The translations under genes were made by a program, and so were the position numbers. 64,000 nucleotides of DNA from a virus (lineage: Duplodnaviria; Heunggongvirae; Uroviricota; Caudoviricetes): the IMG/VR virus record IMGVR_UViG_3300032205_000001, positions 108,218 through 172,217 of that record; one strand, given 5' to 3'. Shown here one piece after another: positions 60,569 through 64,000 of this stretch (position 1 is its first letter; every line of letters starts with the position of its first letter). The notes under the pieces were generated by a model. It saw only the letters and a program-made list of their open reading frames with translations. It did not search any database and had not been told where the DNA came from.

Positions 60569-61525
60569 GTGAAAGCCAACCAAACATCAGCGTCTCGGAT
60601 CGTCCCGTTGGATTCGCTCAAGAGCCTCGTTGAGGGGTCGTTTGAGCATCTCGGAGCGAGCCTGGATGAAGCGGTTGCGAAAAATTTTTCGTCACTGTCC
60701 AAGACGAACGTCGAGGTTTCGCGCATTGCGACCTTTAAGGATCACTTGATCCTGGGCACCGCAGCTGGCGAGTACTTCAATGTCAAGTATGAGAACAAGA
60801 ACGGTGAAATCGTTCTCTCTGCTTGTGAGAAGGTCGACGTCCCAGTTGTGACGCCGTCCAATGCGGCGAAATCCGTCAAGGAATTCTCTCTCAACGCAGT
60901 TGATGCGTTGATGGCAGAGGACGCCCCTTCGGCAGCGAAGCGCATCCTTTACTTGGTCGATCTGCAGGAGCAGAACCAAGTGGTGAACGCTCGCGATTAC
61001 GTCGCTGAAGCGATGGCCACTGTTTCTTCTGGTCGGCCGTGGCGACAGGCTCTCTCTTCTCAGTCGAAGGAGATTGCCCGCCAGGTAGTAGACAAGCTGG
61101 AGTCGATCCGCTCGTCTGCTCTGGAAGCGAAGTACAAAGCCCTCTACGAGTCTGACGAAATTCCCGAGGGGGATTTCGAGAAGTTCAGGACTCTAGCGGA
61201 GAACGATCTCAAGTCGCTTGCAGATCGTTTGCGTGTCCTGCACGAGGCCGTTGAGGGAGCGTATTTGCCCTTCAAGGATTCCTTGACCAAGGATGAGCTG
61301 GACGAGTCCGACGAGGATGTCCTGTCTCACTTCTGCTTCTTCTCTGAAGACCTCATTGAGGATCTCGGCGAGGTCAGGTCACTGGTGGCGGACACGATCG
61401 AGAACGAACAATGTGTTATGTGCCTCGGTCAGGTTTACGACACTATTGCCGAGTCGCTTGCTGACTGCGAAATCGCAGGTGCGTTTGTTCAGCGCATGGC
61501 TGGCGCATTCGACGACGCAGCGTAA
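60569..61525 (+). CDS. hypothetical head-module protein
   Basis: 318-aa ORF between portal and protease. Confidence 0.75.
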   Translation: MKANQTSASRIVPLDSLKSLVEGSFEHLGASLDEAVAKNFSSLSKTNVEVSRIATFKDHLILGTAAGEYFNVKYENKNGEIVLSACEKVDVPVVTPSNAAKSVKEFSLNAVDALMAEDAPSAAKRILYLVDLQEQNQVVNARDYVAEAMATVSSGRPWRQALSSQSKEIARQVVDKLESIRSSALEAKYKALYESDEIPEGDFEKFRTLAENDLKSLADRLRVLHEAVEGAYLPFKDSLTKDELDESDEDVLSHFCFFSEDLIEDLGEVRSLVADTIENEQCVMCLGQVYDTIAESLADCEIAGAFVQRMAGAFDDAA

Positions 61526-61557
61526 ACCCGGAACCTCGACGAAATAGGAGAAGCGAA

Positions 61558-62541
61558 ATGTATCCAGGACGCAATTACAAGCTGACTACTCTCGAAGAGG
61601 ATTTCCGCAAGATCGGTCTTCTCCCGCCGGAGAAGAAGCTGCAAGAGGTCGACGACTCTACGGAGCCGCGCGACATTCCTTCGCCAGACCCGAGCACGAT
61701 GGGTGGCGGTTCCGGCAATGACGACAGCCAGGCTACGCCGGCTCGTCACAAGTACGCCAAGCAGCCGAAGCCGAAGATGGCGCCGGACGAGAAGGACGAT
61801 CATGACGATCCGCTGGAGGCTGGTGCCACCCAGGGCGGCAAGTCGGCCGGCTCGTACAAGAAGGTTGCCGGCGGCAAAGAAGCCAGCCTGGAAGACGTCA
61901 GCTATCCGCAGGGCTACCAGACCCTGAAGGACAAGGTGATGGCTCGCGCGAAGGACAAGGGCAAGACCCCAGCGGTCGCCCAGGGTCTTGAGCCGACCAA
62001 GAGCATCGCCGGCATGGGCAAGAAGCACGAGTCGCAGAACGTCAGCCGCGCTGCCGAGTTGGTGGGCGAGGTTGAGGCTCTGCTTCAGGGTTCGCAGATG
62101 GGCGAGGATCTCAACAACCTCGCACACGGTTTCACCCTGATCGGTGAGAACTGCGCACTTCTGGCGAATCGACTCGTCGATATCGCCGAGCACTACAACG
62201 TCGATGACGCCATCGCCGAGATGGAGGAGCTGTACAACAGCGCCGTTGAGGCCTGCAGCATCATCGAGTCTGCCGAGAAGGAAGAGGAGATCGACGTCGA
62301 CGGTCTCAAGGAAGCCTTCCGCGTCATGACGCTGTCTCTCATGGACGCCGTCGAGATGTACGACTCCACCCTCGTCGAGATGTCGAAGGAAGACGACGAC
62401 AAGGATGACGATGATGATGACGACGACAAGGATGACGACGGCGATGACGATGATGATGACAAGGACGACGACGGAGGCATGGCCGCTCGCATGGCCAAGC
62501 TGAAGGCGATGAAGGGCAAAAAAGGCCCTTTCGGAAAGTAG
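61558..62541 (+). CDS. acidic head-module protein, possibly scaffold-related
   Basis: 327 aa with an Asp-rich tail. Confidence 0.75.
   Translation: MYPGRNYKLTTLEEDFRKIGLLPPEKKLQEVDDSTEPRDIPSPDPSTMGGGSGNDDSQATPARHKYAKQPKPKMAPDEKDDHDDPLEAGATQGGKSAGSYKKVAGGKEASLEDVSYPQGYQTLKDKVMARAKDKGKTPAVAQGLEPTKSIAGMGKKHESQNVSRAAELVGEVEALLQGSQMGEDLNNLAHGFTLIGENCALLANRLVDIAEHYNVDDAIAEMEELYNSAVEACSIIESAEKEEEIDVDGLKEAFRVMTLSLMDAVEMYDSTLVEMSKEDDDKDDDDDDDDKDDDGDDDDDDKDDDGGMAARMAKLKAMKGKKGPFGK
62390..62473 (+). repeat. Asp-rich low-complexity coding repeat (D-run/K units)
   Basis: GAC/GAT runs punctuated by AAG. Confidence 0.8.
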
Positions 62542-62600
62542 GGCTCACTCTAGAAGAGCCCAGGGCCCGCAGGACGGCATATGCCTCGGGTCGCAAGGAA

Positions 62601-62768
62601 ATGGCGTTTGGATTGGAACCACGAGACGGCATCGGAGGAAAATCGACCAGGAACCCAAAACGGAGACAGAAGAAGTCGGATCTAGGATTTGATTACGACG
62701 TCGGATTTAAGTCTCCTTTCGGACCCAGGTCGCCTTTCGCCGGCACGTTCAAATGGATGAGAAGGTAA
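62601..62768 (+). CDS. small basic protein (55 aa)
   Basis: Manual translation MAFGLEPRDG...KWMRR; SD AAGGA; abuts the protease ATG. Confidence 0.55.
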   Translation: MAFGLEPRDGIGGKSTRNPKRRQKKSDLGFDYDVGFKSPFGPRSPFAGTFKWMRR

Positions 62769-64000
62769 ATGGCCCAACTCGGAAAACTCCTCGTAGACAC
62801 ACTCTCCTTTAGGGCGACAACCCTAGAGGAGAGCAAGTCTGAACCCGGCAAGTACATTGCTCGGGGCGAGTTCGCTCGTGCCGATCGAGCGACTGAGAAC
62901 AAGCGCCTCTACCCAGCATCCCTGTGGGAGCGTGAGATCGGACGCTTGGGCAAGCAGCTCAAGGAAGGGAAGGTCTACGGCGAACTAGACCACCCGATGG
63001 ACGGTCGCACCCAGCTCAAGCGCGTCAGCCATTTTATTACCGATCTACGACTTGAGAACAACGTCGTTGTCGGAACTGCGGTGATCCTTGACACGAGCGA
63101 AGGCCGCAACCTCAAGGCGATCCTTGATGGCGGTGGCGCGGTCGGTGTTTCTTCCCGTGGATTCGGAACCACGAAGCCGAACCTCAAGGGCGAAGAGGTC
63201 GTTCAGCCGGACTACCGACTGATGACTTTCGATTTCGTGGCAGAACCGGCGCAGCAAAGCGCCTATCCAGAAATCAGCGTTGAGAACAAAGAGCCTTCTC
63301 AACACACGGAGGCAGCAGCGATGGATGAGAACATGACGTTTGAGGACTTCAAGAAGGCTTATCCACAGCTTGCTGAGCACTTCGCAGACGATGCGGAGCG
63401 TGAGTACGAGAAGCGCATGGCCGCTGTTTGGGCGAAGAAGATCACCGGCTCGAAGGAGGAGGCTCAGACGAACCTCCGCGCCGAGTTCGCTGAGAAGCTC
63501 GAAGCTGCCGTTGCCGAGGCCAAGAAGGAGATGGAGAAGACCATCTCTGAGCGCCTGATGAAGGATCCGGGCGTCGGTCTTGCCAAGAAGACCCTTGGTG
63601 AGCTGAAGGAACTCCTTCGTCCGTTCATCATTCCCCAGGATGTTGAGCAGGTCGTCAAGGACAAGGAAGCCGAGATCTCAAGGCTGGAATCGAAGCTCGC
63701 CGAGAAGGAGCTGGAAATCGGCAAGTTCAAGCTCGAAGGCGAGAAGCTCGCTGCAATCGCCAAGGAAGCCGGCTATCGGTTCCACCTGGAGCAGCGTCTC
63801 AATGATATCGGCCACGCCGACGAGATCCGTCAGGCCGTTGGTGATGTCCTGCAGTTCGAGAACCTCAAGTCGATGGACAAGCGCATCGTCGAGATCGCCG
63901 AATCCATCATCGATCGTGAAGCTGCTGCTCAGCAGCGCGACACGGAGCTGGCTTCCCTCAAGGAAGAGGTTGCTCGCCAGAAGCTCATCGCCGAGAAGGC
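62769..64000 (+). CDS. prohead protease (T4 gp21-like) fused to a coiled-coil scaffold domain, truncated by window edge
   Basis: Manual translation: GELDHP, VSHFIT, VSSRGFG, DFVAEP, then a long coiled coil; no stop before 64000. Confidence 0.88.
   Translation, partial: MAQLGKLLVDTLSFRATTLEESKSEPGKYIARGEFARADRATENKRLYPASLWEREIGRLGKQLKEGKVYGELDHPMDGRTQLKRVSHFITDLRLENNVVVGTAVILDTSEGRNLKAILDGGGAVGVSSRGFGTTKPNLKGEEVVQPDYRLMTFDFVAEPAQQSAYPEISVENKEPSQHTEAAAMDENMTFEDFKKAYPQLAEHFADDAEREYEKRMAAVWAKKITGSKEEAQTNLRAEFAEKLEAAVAEAKKEMEKTISERLMKDPGVGLAKKTLGELKELLRPFIIPQDVEQVVKDKEAEISRLESKLAEKELEIGKFKLEGEKLAAIAKEAGYRFHLEQRLNDIGHADEIRQAVGDVLQFENLKSMDKRIVEIAESIIDREAAAQQRDTELASLKEEVARQKLIAEK

Overview
A 64-kb segment of a large, GC-rich tailed phage. 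A myxobacterial host is likely, inferred from a TIGR04563/MXAN_4361-like small protein. The window has two divergent arms meeting near 21.4-21.6 kb. The left arm (1-21.4 kb, mostly minus strand) is a translation and RNA island. It holds about 49 near-canonical tRNA genes covering all 20 amino acids and about 14 structurally aberrant tRNA-like RNAs. It also encodes an RNA ligase, a cyclic-phosphate-processing receiver domain, a Pth2-like protein, a Nudix-dTMP kinase fusion, and an RF1-type release factor that needs an RF2-style +1 frameshift. Between the tRNAs lie unexplained non-coding RNAs. (i) Twelve copies of a Y RNA/sbRNA-like module: 7 free-standing and 5 circularly permuted and grafted into tRNA-like bodies. 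(ii) A ~405-nt RNA carrying both a sarcin-ricin loop and the 23S helix-43 (L11/thiostrepton) sequence. (iii) An SRP RNA domain-IV hairpin. (iv) A ~190-nt tmRNA-shaped RNA. Together these suggest a phage array of mimics or decoys of the host's conserved translation RNAs (inference). The right arm (plus strand) encodes IHF alpha/beta, ParB proteins, an initiator with internal iterons, DnaC-like loader, DnaB, primase, SSBs, RecA, resolvases, three HipA/PI3K-like kinase paralogs, terminase, a holin-like protein, a T4-type portal and a prohead protease. All calls were made by eye, without database searches or folding software, and RNA boundaries may be off by a few nt.
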